The position numbers and the translations under genes were made by a program. This document shows, piece after piece, positions 19,311-28,357 of a stretch of 64,000 nt of DNA; the first letter of the stretch is position 1, and each line of letters opens with the position of its first letter. Source of the stretch: Candidatus Latescibacterota bacterium (lineage in GTDB: Bacteria; Latescibacterota; UBA2968; UBA8231). The notes under the pieces are model-generated. The model was not told the origin of the DNA. It did no database searches and saw only the letters and a program-made list of their open reading frames with translations. The stretch lies in assembly GCA_965221775.1 (NCBI GenBank), contig CBDCSU010000006.1, positions 1,472,001 through 1,536,000 of the forward strand. The letters run 5' to 3'.

Positions 19311-22300
19311 CTACTTCAGGAGCAGCATCTTCTTGTGGCTCTGGAACTCCCCGCCCGCGGTGACGCGGTAGAAGTAGATTCCGGAGGACAAGGGCTGCCC
19401 ACTGTCGTTGGTGGCATCCCACTGGTAGCTGTAGCGGCCAGCGTTCTGGAACTCGCGGTCAACCATCGTCCGCACGACCTGGCCGAGCATGTTGAAGACC
19501 TCGAGGGTGACCTCGTTGGCGTCCGGCAACTGGTACTTGATCGTGGTCTCCGGGTTGAAGGGGTTCGGGAAGTTGTTCTCGAGGGCGTAGACCTCGGGAC
19601 GCGTCTCGACCCGAATCGCGACCGGATCGGTGATCCGGTTCAACCCGTAGCTGCCGTCCTGCACGCCGCCGGCCATGACCTCGACCAGGCTCTCCTCGAT
19701 CTCCTCGATGGACCGGAAGACCAGGGTGACGCCCAGATCGCCCTCGCTGACGGTCTCGCCGAAGGCGGCGATGTGGATCTCTCCGTCGGCGTTGGCGATG
19801 ACCCGCGGCTGAGCCAGACCAGCCTCACCCAGCGGGTTGTCCTCGAAGCGCGGCTCGACGAACTCGAGGTAGCGGTCGTCGAAGTTGACGGTGAACCCGT
19901 AACCCCGAACCTCGGCGAAGTCCTCCAGGCTGACCAGCAGGGACATCTCCTCGCCGACGCGCGGCAACTCACCCGCCGCGTTGTCGATGTAGAAGCGAGC
20001 CTCGCTGTTCAGACCGGCCTTCGTCGGCACCGCCTTGCCGATGCCCGCGACCTCCTTGCCGAAGCTCTCGGCGAAGGCGAAGAAGTCGTCGACATCGATG
20101 ACGTCGTTCGGAATGATGTCGAAGGCGGCCTCGTAGAGGTCGCTCTCGGCGGTCAGACCGAAGTGGTCGGCGAAGATGAAGAAGTCGTCGTAGTCGACGC
20201 GGTTGTCAGCGCCGAAGAGCCCGACGATCCGGTTGCCGTCGCCGTCGACGACGGTGTTGCGGATGGCCATGGCCGACTTCACGATCTCCGAGGCGGTGAT
20301 CTGCTCGAGATCCTTGGGCTCCACCTTGTAGGAGTAGCGCACGCCGTTGGCAGCGGTCAGATCCTCCCAGGAGGAAGAACCGGCCGGGGCTTCGCCCAAC
20401 AGCTGCCAGGCGCCGTCGCCGATGCGGCGGGAGATGTTGTAGCCCACCACGCCGGCACTGGTGAAGACATTGCCATTCGCACCGACCGCCTGCGGCACCA
20501 CCGAGGTCATCATGCGGTCATCGATCGACCTCGTCCAGTCGATGGTGATGCTGGCACCGGCGTCACCCGGAGTGTCCAGAGCGCGGACCCAGGTGACCGG
20601 GGCGGGCGGGATATCGTCGATGGCCCGCACGGCCTCCTCGGTACGGGTGATGTGGTCGTTCAACTCGCCCTGCACCGACTTCAGGCTCGGAACCAGGCCG
20701 CCGCGCTCGTGGAAGGCCAAGGCCTCCGGAGTCAGCGTGGCGAAGACCGGACCTTCCAGGTTGCCCTGGGCGGCCTCCCGGCTCCGGACCATCGTCTCGG
20801 CCATCAACTCGTAAGGCATGGAGACGGACTGGGTGACGGTGAAGGCACGCTTGTTGTCGGTGGCGGTGGTGTCCGTAGTGGTCTCCTCGCCGCCGTCCTC
20901 GGAGCCGTCGTCCTCCGTACCGTCGTCCCCGGAGCCGTCGTCCTCCGTACCGTCGTCTTCGGCACCGTCGTCCTCCATACCGTCATCTTCGGCGCCGTCA
21001 TCCTCCATACCGTCATCTTCGGCGCCGTCGTCCTCCATACCGTCGTCTTCCATACCGTCGTCTTCCATACCGTCGTCGGCCATTCCGTCATCGGCGCCGC
21101 CCGTACGGGTGGCATCGCTGGCGAGGCCCTGGCTCTCGGCGGTGACGCCATAGAAAGTGGCATCCCCGTCGAGGGTGGCGACTACGACGCGCATGACGTC
21201 AACACCGGGGATCGCGTCCACATGACCCCAAGCCACCGGCTGGATCGTGGGCTCGGACAACTCGACCACGTTACCCTCATCGTCAGTGCCCTGGGTGACG
21301 GTGACGTCACGCCAGATGCGGTAACCGCCGTCGAGGGTAGAGTGATTGTCGGAGAGGTCGAAGGTGAGCATGACGAACCCACCCTGGTCGCCCTGGCCGA
21401 GGGCGCCCTTGTAGTCCTCGCCGACCAACTTGTCGGGAGCGTCCGGACGGTGATCCTGCTGGTCCCCGTCATCAGTGCCGTCGTCGGTGGGGGTGACCAC
21501 CGCCGGCCGCTCGGTGACCGCCACCGTCTTGGTGGCCACCGTCACCGTTTCCCCGGTGACGTTACGAACGGTGAGTGGCAAATCTCCGAGGTGGGCGTTG
21601 CTCCGAATGGAGAAGGTGGCCACGCCGTTCTTGACCTGCAGAGCACCCGGGGGCAACTCGACCCCGATGACGGACGTGCTCACCTCGACATAGTTGTCCT
21701 GGTCGAGGACCGTGTTCCCGAAGGCGTCGACGTATCTCAAACCAACGTCGACCAGCGAGTGGAGATACACCGTATCGCTGACGGAGATCGTGATCTCCTT
21801 GTAGGCCGCATGCTTGATGACGAGAGAGGAGTCCAGCTTGCCGACGAAGGTAGTGTCGCTGTCGCTGGTGAGATCCTCCACCTTGACCGTGTGGGTCTCC
21901 GGAGCCTTCTGGGCGTTCAGCTTCACGTCGGCCTTCCAGGAAACCACATCCCCGACCCTGCCGACGCCCCAGGCATCGCTCGTGAGCCTGGCCATACCGG
22001 CGGGCATGCCCTCGGTGACCACGCCCTTGCCGGAGAGGGTCAGGCCATCGCCGGAACCGCCGGAGACGGTCACCACGGCATCGTTGTTGTAATCGACCTT
22101 GCCGTAGGCGAGAGCGGCCACATTCGCCTTGTTCCACGCGTTCACCGTGAGGGTGAACTGGGGATCCTTGTGGGCCGCCACCTGCCCGCTATTCGCGAGC
22201 TTGCCCTTGTCGTCGGTTCTCGTCCCTCCGGGGGGATTCGACGAAACGCTGAAGTAGGTGATCTTCGGCACCACGTAGTTGGTGTCGTAGGTCAGCTCGC

Positions 22301-24380
22301 CAGCGTCGGTGACCTTGTAGTTACCAGCGAGGTCGGCGCCGATGAGCGTCAACTTGTACTTGGTGTCGTCAACCAGACCGGTGTCCTTCCTGGCGGCGTT
22401 GATGAACTCCTCGTGCGGGATGACCTGCTCCTCCAGGTCCAGAAGCTCGCCGCCGGCCAGATCCCTGATCTTCTGTCCGGGCCTGTCCCGTCCGCTCACA
22501 TACTCGTAGATGATGCGGACGCTGTCGGCGTGCTCACTGAGCGCGAACCTGACGTCGGCGGTGCTGGTCTCCTCGATCGTGGAGATGTCGGCCGAGGTCG
22601 GGAAGAGGCCGTTGAAGGCGAGATCGTCGATATCGACATAGACGTCGGCGCGCTCGGCGGCCGGACCCTTGTTGCCGGCAAAGTCGGTGCCGGTGACCTT
22701 GATCGTCTTGACGCCGGTCTTGAGGACGCCCACCCCGTTGGTGTCGTGCTTGGTACGGGTGGTCAGGTCGGGAGTGGTCTCGATCGAGCTGACTCGACCC
22801 GCGGCATCAACATCGAAGATGAGGCGGAGCTTGCCCGCGGCGTTCAGCGCGGCATTGTTGTCCGAGAAGGCGCGGATCGTATCCGCCGCAGTCGGCACAT
22901 CGTCATCATTCCCGGGGACCTCGTCAGGGCCAGCGCCACTTGTCTCGATGACGGTGGGGGGGTCGGCGTCTGAGAGTCCCCACTTCCGAACGTCGTCGCC
23001 TTTGTTCCTGATCTTGAGGACGGTGCCGCCGAGGTCGATGTCCAGATCCTTGTACTTCTCCCCGGCGAACAGGGCATACTGGATGGGATTGAGATCGTTG
23101 GAGGTGCCCGAATTCAGAGTGCCGTCAGTAACGGTGTCTGGGCTCGCCACCTCGAGAGTGTCACTGCCGTCCTTGCCGCTGACGCCATCGATGACCGGCT
23201 TCTTGCTGTCAATGAGGAACGACAGACTAGCCGAGGCGCCGGCCGGGTCCCCGGACGGCGTGGCGCCACTTCGGTTACCCCACTCGTCGACGATGTAGGC
23301 CGTGGCCCTGTTTCTGGCTACGGGCGCTGCGCCCACGGTCTGGACTGTCACCTTCTCACCCACAAGGTCGCCGAACTCGCCCTCGCCGATGGCCTGCCGG
23401 AAGGTGAGGGTGTCGAGCCGGCCATTGCTCTCAAGGGGGACCGAGTAGGTCTCCTTCACCTTGCCGGCGCTTGTCTCCGGGGCTGACGCGTCAGTCAGGT
23501 CGAAGACCTCGACCTCGACGGTATGGTTCTTGTCGAGGATCAGCGGCATGTTGTCCGGCCCCACCTTGACATCGAATTCGAACTTGTCCCCGATGCCGGC
23601 GATGTCGGCCCTTACGTCGTCTGCTGCATCGGTATTGCCCTGGGTCAGCACGGCCGTGACCAAGTCGCCCGAGACCCCATCCCCCCCATGGAGGATCAAG
23701 GCCGCAGGGACCGGAGGACGGTCGGCGTCGATGGCGAAGAGCACGTTGCCCGGGGTGGTCGGGGACCTCTTGCCGGTGCCGGCCGTAACTGTGGCGCCGC
23801 CGCCGCTCGTCACTTCGTCCCACGCCACCGCCACGGCATGGATGCTCGACACCATGCCGCTGGTCTGGTGGACCTTGCCGTTCCAAGTGTAGGTGACCTC
23901 GGCGACGTTGGCGTCGACCTGGACCGACGTGGCATCGCCGGCGAAATAACGCGTCGAGTCGGTGTTGCCGTTGGACTTCTGGATCCGAACGGCAACGATG
24001 CCGGCCCCGGCGACAGCATCGACGGGCTGTCTCTCCAACGCAGCATCGCCCGTCAAGCCCAGACCGCCGTTGAAGTCCCCGGCCGCCGGCTCCACTGCAG
24101 GCACTCGCGCCTCAGGGCTATCCTTCACCTTGCCACCACCTGTAGCCTCATCGCCCAGAATCAGATCTCCCATGACCAAGGCGATGGCCACGCCGTCCGC
24201 ATCGTTGGGCGTGAAGTCCCTGACCACCGCCGTCACCGTGAAGGTGCCGTCGATGCCGAGGGTGGCTCCCGAGTCGGGCGCGGTGATGGTCACGCTGCGC
24301 ACCTCCGCCGCGTGGGCGTCGATGGCCCCGAAGCCGATCACCAGCGCGGCGAAAAGGGCTGCGTAATTCCTGCGCTGCAT
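19311..24380 (-). CDS. Very large secreted surface protein (Ig-like repeats, acidic linker, dockerin/EF-hand-like pair, cohesin-like domain, PNPFNP C-terminal domain)
   Basis: GAGGAGG RBS, signal MQRRNYAALFAALVIGFGAIDAHA; DNRVDYDDFFIFADHFG...DVIDVDDFFAFAESFG; NFPNPFNPETTIKY...SGIYFYRV...KKMLLLK. Confidence 0.8.
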   Translation of the reverse strand: MQRRNYAALFAALVIGFGAIDAHAAEVRSVTITAPDSGATLGIDGTFTVTAVVRDFTPNDADGVAIALVMGDLILGDEATGGGKVKDSPEARVPAVEPAAGDFNGGLGLTGDAALERQPVDAVAGAGIVAVRIQKSNGNTDSTRYFAGDATSVQVDANVAEVTYTWNGKVHQTSGMVSSIHAVAVAWDEVTSGGGATVTAGTGKRSPTTPGNVLFAIDADRPPVPAALILHGGDGVSGDLVTAVLTQGNTDAADDVRADIAGIGDKFEFDVKVGPDNMPLILDKNHTVEVEVFDLTDASAPETSAGKVKETYSVPLESNGRLDTLTFRQAIGEGEFGDLVGEKVTVQTVGAAPVARNRATAYIVDEWGNRSGATPSGDPAGASASLSFLIDSKKPVIDGVSGKDGSDTLEVASPDTVTDGTLNSGTSNDLNPIQYALFAGEKYKDLDIDLGGTVLKIRNKGDDVRKWGLSDADPPTVIETSGAGPDEVPGNDDDVPTAADTIRAFSDNNAALNAAGKLRLIFDVDAAGRVSSIETTPDLTTRTKHDTNGVGVLKTGVKTIKVTGTDFAGNKGPAAERADVYVDIDDLAFNGLFPTSADISTIEETSTADVRFALSEHADSVRIIYEYVSGRDRPGQKIRDLAGGELLDLEEQVIPHEEFINAARKDTGLVDDTKYKLTLIGADLAGNYKVTDAGELTYDTNYVVPKITYFSVSSNPPGGTRTDDKGKLANSGQVAAHKDPQFTLTVNAWNKANVAALAYGKVDYNNDAVVTVSGGSGDGLTLSGKGVVTEGMPAGMARLTSDAWGVGRVGDVVSWKADVKLNAQKAPETHTVKVEDLTSDSDTTFVGKLDSSLVIKHAAYKEITISVSDTVYLHSLVDVGLRYVDAFGNTVLDQDNYVEVSTSVIGVELPPGALQVKNGVATFSIRSNAHLGDLPLTVRNVTGETVTVATKTVAVTERPAVVTPTDDGTDDGDQQDHRPDAPDKLVGEDYKGALGQGDQGGFVMLTFDLSDNHSTLDGGYRIWRDVTVTQGTDDEGNVVELSEPTIQPVAWGHVDAIPGVDVMRVVVATLDGDATFYGVTAESQGLASDATRTGGADDGMADDGMEDDGMEDDGMEDDGAEDDGMEDDGAEDDGMEDDGAEDDGTEDDGSGDDGTEDDGSEDGGEETTTDTTATDNKRAFTVTQSVSMPYELMAETMVRSREAAQGNLEGPVFATLTPEALAFHERGGLVPSLKSVQGELNDHITRTEEAVRAIDDIPPAPVTWVRALDTPGDAGASITIDWTRSIDDRMMTSVVPQAVGANGNVFTSAGVVGYNISRRIGDGAWQLLGEAPAGSSSWEDLTAANGVRYSYKVEPKDLEQITASEIVKSAMAIRNTVVDGDGNRIVGLFGADNRVDYDDFFIFADHFGLTAESDLYEAAFDIIPNDVIDVDDFFAFAESFGKEVAGIGKAVPTKAGLNSEARFYIDNAAGELPRVGEEMSLLVSLEDFAEVRGYGFTVNFDDRYLEFVEPRFEDNPLGEAGLAQPRVIANADGEIHIAAFGETVSEGDLGVTLVFRSIEEIEESLVEVMAGGVQDGSYGLNRITDPVAIRVETRPEVYALENNFPNPFNPETTIKYQLPDANEVTLEVFNMLGQVVRTMVDREFQNAGRYSYQWDATNDSGQPLSSGIYFYRVTAGGEFQSHKKMLLLK
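20892..21095 (-). repeat. 15-bp coding tandem repeat (13 x DDG[M/A/T/S][E/A/G])
   Basis: Units such as CCGTCGTCCTCCATA repeated on the + strand. Confidence 0.9.
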
Positions 24381-24468
24381 CTTCTTCCTCCTCAGGGAGC
24401 CCAGTCCCTGTCCTGGTTTCTGCAGAAAAGTTCTGATGTAATGCGGGGATTCAGTGAGTATTCGCTCC

Positions 24469-24498
24469 ATAATATCACCGGCTCCTATGGGGTGTCAA
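24469..24498 (-). promoter_or_regulatory. Near-consensus sigma70 promoter of the large surface-protein gene
   Basis: TTGACA-18 nt-TATTAT with an extended TGn before the -10. Confidence 0.7.
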
Positions 24499-24565
24499 GC
24501 GAATTCTTGGTCTGGCAGGGGTACCGGCCCAAGAGTTTCAAAGGTAGGGTACATCCCCCTTGGGT

Positions 24566-27115
24566 TCAACCCCCATCCCCACTTCGGAACCGGTGCCGCC
24601 GCAGGGCCAGGGCCGCCCCCGCCAGGACGACAGCGGCGCTGGCGGCGCCGGCGGCGCGGGCCCGGGCCACGGGCGGGGAGCGGTAACGCAGCTCCACCAT
24701 GTGCTCGCCCGCCGGCACGGGGACCGCCTTCCAGACGTAGTCGGCGCGCAACAGGGGGGCGGGCCGGCCGTCGACGAGGGCGCGCCAGTGGGGGTGGTAG
24801 TTGTCGCCGATCACCAGCAGGCGGGGCCCGCCGGCGGACAGGTTGAGACGCACCACGCCCTCGCGGTAGTCGTAGAACTCCTCGGTCACGCGATCGCCGC
24901 CCAGATCGGCGTCCGGGCCGGGCAGGTCGATGGGCGGCGGCTCCTCCAGCAATACGGTGCGGCGCAGGTCGTAGCGCCCCTCGCGCAGGGCGGTGAGGAC
25001 CTCCGCCTCGCCGGGCAGGACCTCGGCGTGGGGCGCCAGGTGGAACCACGGCAACGCCGTCCGGTTGGCGTAGAGGCGCAGCTCGCGCCCCGCGAATACC
25101 TCGGGGAAGCCCTCGGCCCGCAGCTCGACGGAGCGCGGCGTGACGAGGAAGCGGGCGCCCATGAGATCGAGGATCGGGCGCGCGGCGCCGAGGATCTGGC
25201 CGTCGGTCCAGCGCACGTCGCGGCCCTCGGCGTGGCGGGCGCGCAGCACGCTCTCCACGGGCTCCAGCTCTCTCAGCAGGCGGTCGTAGCGGCGCAGGGT
25301 GAAGTTGGCGAAGCCGGTGGCCACGTCGGCGCCGTCGAGGTGGTAGCGCGCGTCCTTGAGGAAGCCGTGGCCCGGCACGGGGAAGAGGCGGAAGCGGCCG
25401 GGCTGCCGCTCGAGGAAGGCGCGCACGTCGGGGTTGGCCTGGCGGTAGTCGGCGTAGTCATCCGGGTCTTCGTACTTGAGGAAGAGGCGGTCGATGCGCC
25501 AGGTGTCGGCCACGGTGAGGGCGGCCAGGCCGAGGACGAGGAGGCCGGCGCCGACGCGGTTGCGCAGATGCAGCAGCAGCAGGGCGGTGCCGGCGGCGCA
25601 CACGCCGGCGCCGATGAGGCCCCCGCGGGCGAGCCAGGGGGCGGCGGCGGTCATGGCGCGGCGGCGGAACTCCGGGGCGTCGGACCAGAGGAGGGCGGTC
25701 CATGCCTCGGTGACCAGGCGCGGCGCGAGAGCGATGACGAGGCAGAGGCCGGTGAGGACGGCGCCAGCGACGAGGATGCGGCGCGAGAGGACGGGCGCGT
25801 CGCCGGCGGGGCGCAGGACGCGGCTGAGGCCGAGGGCGGCGAGGGCGACGGCGGGAAAGGCGAAGAGGAAGGCGGCCATGCCGATGGTGCGCAGCTCCTT
25901 GCCGCCGGGCAGGAGGTGGTAGGCGACATAGTGGACGGGGGTGTGGCCGCCGAGGGTGAAGGCGGCGGCGGCGGCGAAGAGGAGGCCGAGGAAGAGCACG
26001 AGGGGGCTGGCGCGGGCGCCGGGGACCGCGGCGAGGGCGAGGAGGAGGACGAGGATGCCGAAGTACTCGGAGTTGAGCTTCATGGGGTTGCGGCCCCAGT
26101 AGCGGTTCCGCTTGTCGGTGGGGTCGTCGAAGCCGCCGAACTCCGGCACGACGAGGGAGGCGATCTCCTCCGGGTGGAGGGACCAGCTGCGGGCGTGGGC
26201 GAGTTGCTCCCCGGGCGTGCGGCCGGTGCCGTCGTGGACGGCGGCGCGCTTGGACTCGGTCTTGACGTGCAGGTAGGGCGGGTAGACGCCTTCGGCGGCG
26301 AGGCCGAGACCGAGGGCGGCGGCGGCGGCGAAGAGGCCGGCGCGCTCCGCCAGGCGGGGGAAGGTCAGTCCCCGCAGGCGCAGGTGGACGAGCTTATAGA
26401 TGGTATAGGCGCCGGTGCCCAGGAGGGCGTACTGCATCATCTGCAAGTGGGGGGTGAAGATGCCGATGGCGATGAGGACGGGGAGGGCGGCCCACGAGCC
26501 GAGGGCCTGCCGGCCGCCGTCCATGCCGCGCTCGACGCAGAGGAGGAGGAAGGGGAAGAGGGCGATGACCGACATCTTGGCGTAGTGGCCGGCGAACGGG
26601 AAGCTGAGGAAGGTGGGCGCCGAGAGGAAGGCGAGGCCGCCCCAGAGGGCGGCCCAGCGATGGACGCCGACCTGCCGCAGGTAGAGGAACATGCCGTAGC
26701 CGGCGGCGAAGACGACGAGGATGTAGCGCCAGCCGACGGTGCGCTGGTGGGTGGTGAACAGCTCGATGAGGTAGGTGGGGAAGAACTTGTGGCGGATCTC
26801 CTCGGAGACGGGGTAGCCGCCCATGATGGGCGACCAGGCCGGGGGCACGAGGTCGCGCAGCTTCTCCGCCACCGGCGCCTTGCCGCGGTGGAAGTCGAGC
26901 CCCACGTCGTGGCCGAAGATGATCTTGCCGCTGAGAGGGAACTCCCAGAAGTAGACGAGGGCCACCAGCGCGAAGAGGGCGGGGGCGAACCAGGGGCGGG
27001 AGATGTACCGCCGGAAGGCGGGGGCGGGGGGGGCTTCAGGCGAGGCGGGGGCCTCGGCCTTCGGCCGGGGGTCCGCCTTGCGGCGTTGGTCGCGCCTGCG
27101 GTCCTGCTTGCCCAT
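24566..27115 (-). CDS. YfhO-family polytopic membrane glycosyltransferase (GT-C fold)
   Basis: About 13 TM segments; WSPIMGGYP, SWSLHPEE, YFG motif; C-terminal LVIGDNYHPHWRALVDG...AVPVPAGEHMVELRY. Confidence 0.8.
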   Translation of the reverse strand: MGKQDRRRDQRRKADPRPKAEAPASPEAPPAPAFRRYISRPWFAPALFALVALVYFWEFPLSGKIIFGHDVGLDFHRGKAPVAEKLRDLVPPAWSPIMGGYPVSEEIRHKFFPTYLIELFTTHQRTVGWRYILVVFAAGYGMFLYLRQVGVHRWAALWGGLAFLSAPTFLSFPFAGHYAKMSVIALFPFLLLCVERGMDGGRQALGSWAALPVLIAIGIFTPHLQMMQYALLGTGAYTIYKLVHLRLRGLTFPRLAERAGLFAAAAALGLGLAAEGVYPPYLHVKTESKRAAVHDGTGRTPGEQLAHARSWSLHPEEIASLVVPEFGGFDDPTDKRNRYWGRNPMKLNSEYFGILVLLLALAAVPGARASPLVLFLGLLFAAAAAFTLGGHTPVHYVAYHLLPGGKELRTIGMAAFLFAFPAVALAALGLSRVLRPAGDAPVLSRRILVAGAVLTGLCLVIALAPRLVTEAWTALLWSDAPEFRRRAMTAAAPWLARGGLIGAGVCAAGTALLLLHLRNRVGAGLLVLGLAALTVADTWRIDRLFLKYEDPDDYADYRQANPDVRAFLERQPGRFRLFPVPGHGFLKDARYHLDGADVATGFANFTLRRYDRLLRELEPVESVLRARHAEGRDVRWTDGQILGAARPILDLMGARFLVTPRSVELRAEGFPEVFAGRELRLYANRTALPWFHLAPHAEVLPGEAEVLTALREGRYDLRRTVLLEEPPPIDLPGPDADLGGDRVTEEFYDYREGVVRLNLSAGGPRLLVIGDNYHPHWRALVDGRPAPLLRADYVWKAVPVPAGEHMVELRYRSPPVARARAAGAASAAVVLAGAALALRRHRFRSGDGG

Positions 27116-27222
27116 GGTGTGGCCTGTTCCAGTCGGGGGGCGGCCCGGGAGACGCGGGAACTACTGTATTGGCAGGGCGGCCAGAGGGCCCGGGTGGTTC
27201 CCGGAGGCGCCGGAACCTGGCC

Positions 27223-27426
27223 TCATGGGGCGGCGGGGTCGTCCTCCACATCCGGGAACGGTGGGTTCACCCCCTGCCGCCGCGCCCAAGCGTTGGCCTC
27301 CCGGCAGGCCTTCAGCCGGCCCTCCTCAAAGCCCTTCTCAAGGCCTTCCTGGCGGCCTTCCTGGCGCGCCTTTTCGTGCTGGCGCGCCAGCCGGTCCTTC
27401 ATCCATTGCGTCATGACCCCGGTCAT
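27223..27426 (-). CDS. Short EGxE-repeat protein (copy A, tail only)
   Basis: AGGAG-5 nt-ATG; MTGVMTQWMKDRLARQHEKARQEGRQEGLEKGFEEGRLKACREANAWARRQGVNPPFPDVEDDPAAP. Confidence 0.65.
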   Translation of the reverse strand: MTGVMTQWMKDRLARQHEKARQEGRQEGLEKGFEEGRLKACREANAWARRQGVNPPFPDVEDDPAAP

Positions 27427-27530
27427 GTCCACTCCTGAAGGATGGCAGACGGCTGCTCAGAAAGCTCCATGGTCGATGATACTCCCGGGGCTTCCTTCCC
27501 GGGGCGGTCCCGAAGCGCCGGAACATGGCC

Positions 27531-27746
27531 TCATGGGGCGGCGGGGTCGTCCTCCACATCCGGGAACGGTGGGTTCACCCCCTGCCGCCGCGCCCAGGCG
27601 TTGGCCTCCCGGCAGGCCTTCAGCCGGCCCTCCTCAAGGCCCTTCTCAAGGCCTTCCTGGCGGCCCTCCTCAAGGCCTTCCTGGCGCGCCTCTTCGTGCT
27701 GGCGCGCCAGCCGGTCCTTCATCCACTGAGTCATGACCCCGGTCAT
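27531..27746 (-). CDS. Short EGxE-repeat protein (copy B, tail only)
   Basis: AAGGAG-5 nt-ATG; same sequence as copy A with one more 4-aa unit. Confidence 0.65.
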   Translation of the reverse strand: MTGVMTQWMKDRLARQHEEARQEGLEEGRQEGLEKGLEEGRLKACREANAWARRQGVNPPFPDVEDDPAAP

Positions 27747-27810
27747 GTCCACTCCTTGGACCCGCTTGTCCTACAGATGATACTCCCGGGCCGCGCGAGA
27801 TACCGCGCTG

Positions 27811-28299
27811 CTACCGGCTGGCGGCAGGGTCGTCCTCCACATCCGGGAACGGTGGGTTCAGCCCCTGCTTCCTCGCCCAAGCGTTGGCCTCCCTGCAGGC
27901 CTTCAGCCGGCCCTCTTCGCGACCCTCTTCGCGGCCCTCTTCGCGACCCTCTTCGCGGCCCTCTTCGCGACCCTCCTCACGGCCTTCCCGCAGGGCCTGC
28001 TGCCGCGCCTCTTCGTGCTGGCGCGCCAGCCGGTCCTTCATCCACTGAGTCATTACGCCGGTCATGTCCACTCCTTGGAGGATGGCAAAAGGTATGCAGA
28101 CGGCTGCGATGACGACCTCCCCCAGACCTCGCATGATACCCAGAGAGGTATCAACAAGACCCTTCCCCCCAGTGACCTCCGACCAAACTACAAGACCAGA
28201 CCCGTAGAGGGCGATGGCCAGGAATCCGGTCACGAACCAGACCCGCTTGTCCTCGACGATCGACCATATCCCGACTCTTGCCCCGGATTCCGGCTCCAT
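27811..28299 (-). CDS. Membrane protein (2 TM) with internal RBS/ATG and EGREEG-repeat tail (copy C, full length)
   Basis: TMs WFVTGFLAIALYGSGLVVW and VVIAAVCIPFAIL, then QGVDMTGVMTQWMKDRL...REG(REEG)x6 RLK; internal AAGGAG before ATG at 28065. Confidence 0.75.
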   Translation of the reverse strand: MEPESGARVGIWSIVEDKRVWFVTGFLAIALYGSGLVVWSEVTGGKGLVDTSLGIMRGLGEVVIAAVCIPFAILQGVDMTGVMTQWMKDRLARQHEEARQQALREGREEGREEGREEGREEGREEGREEGRLKACREANAWARKQGLNPPFPDVEDDPAASR

Positions 28300-28357
28300 T
28301 CAGAAGCTCCATGGTCGATGATACTCCCGGGGCTTCCTGCCCGCAATGAATGACCGC

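Larger units (their letters stand above)
27189..28338 (-). repeat. Three tandem paralogous cassettes (A ~27189-27497, B ~27498-27790, C ~27811-28338)
   Basis: All share GTCGTCCTCCACATCCGGGAACGGTGGGTTCA...GGTCATGTCCACTCCT and GATGATACTCCCGGG on the + strand. Confidence 0.93.

Noticed and set aside
20892-21095. CRISPR-like repeat
   Set aside because: Contiguous in-frame 15-bp coding repeat without spacers.
19335-22973. 1212-aa plus-strand ORF and the many other long antisense/alternate-frame ORFs (e.g. 24560-27736, 10759-13467, 7732-10101)
   Set aside because: Shadow ORFs expected at this GC content opposite genuine genes; no recognisable motifs.
27189-28338. CRISPR array, DGR template/variable repeats or integron cassettes
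   Set aside because: The units are ~300-bp coding paralogues, not short repeats with unique spacers; differences are not adenine-specific; no RT, cas or integrase gene and no attC-like structure seen.
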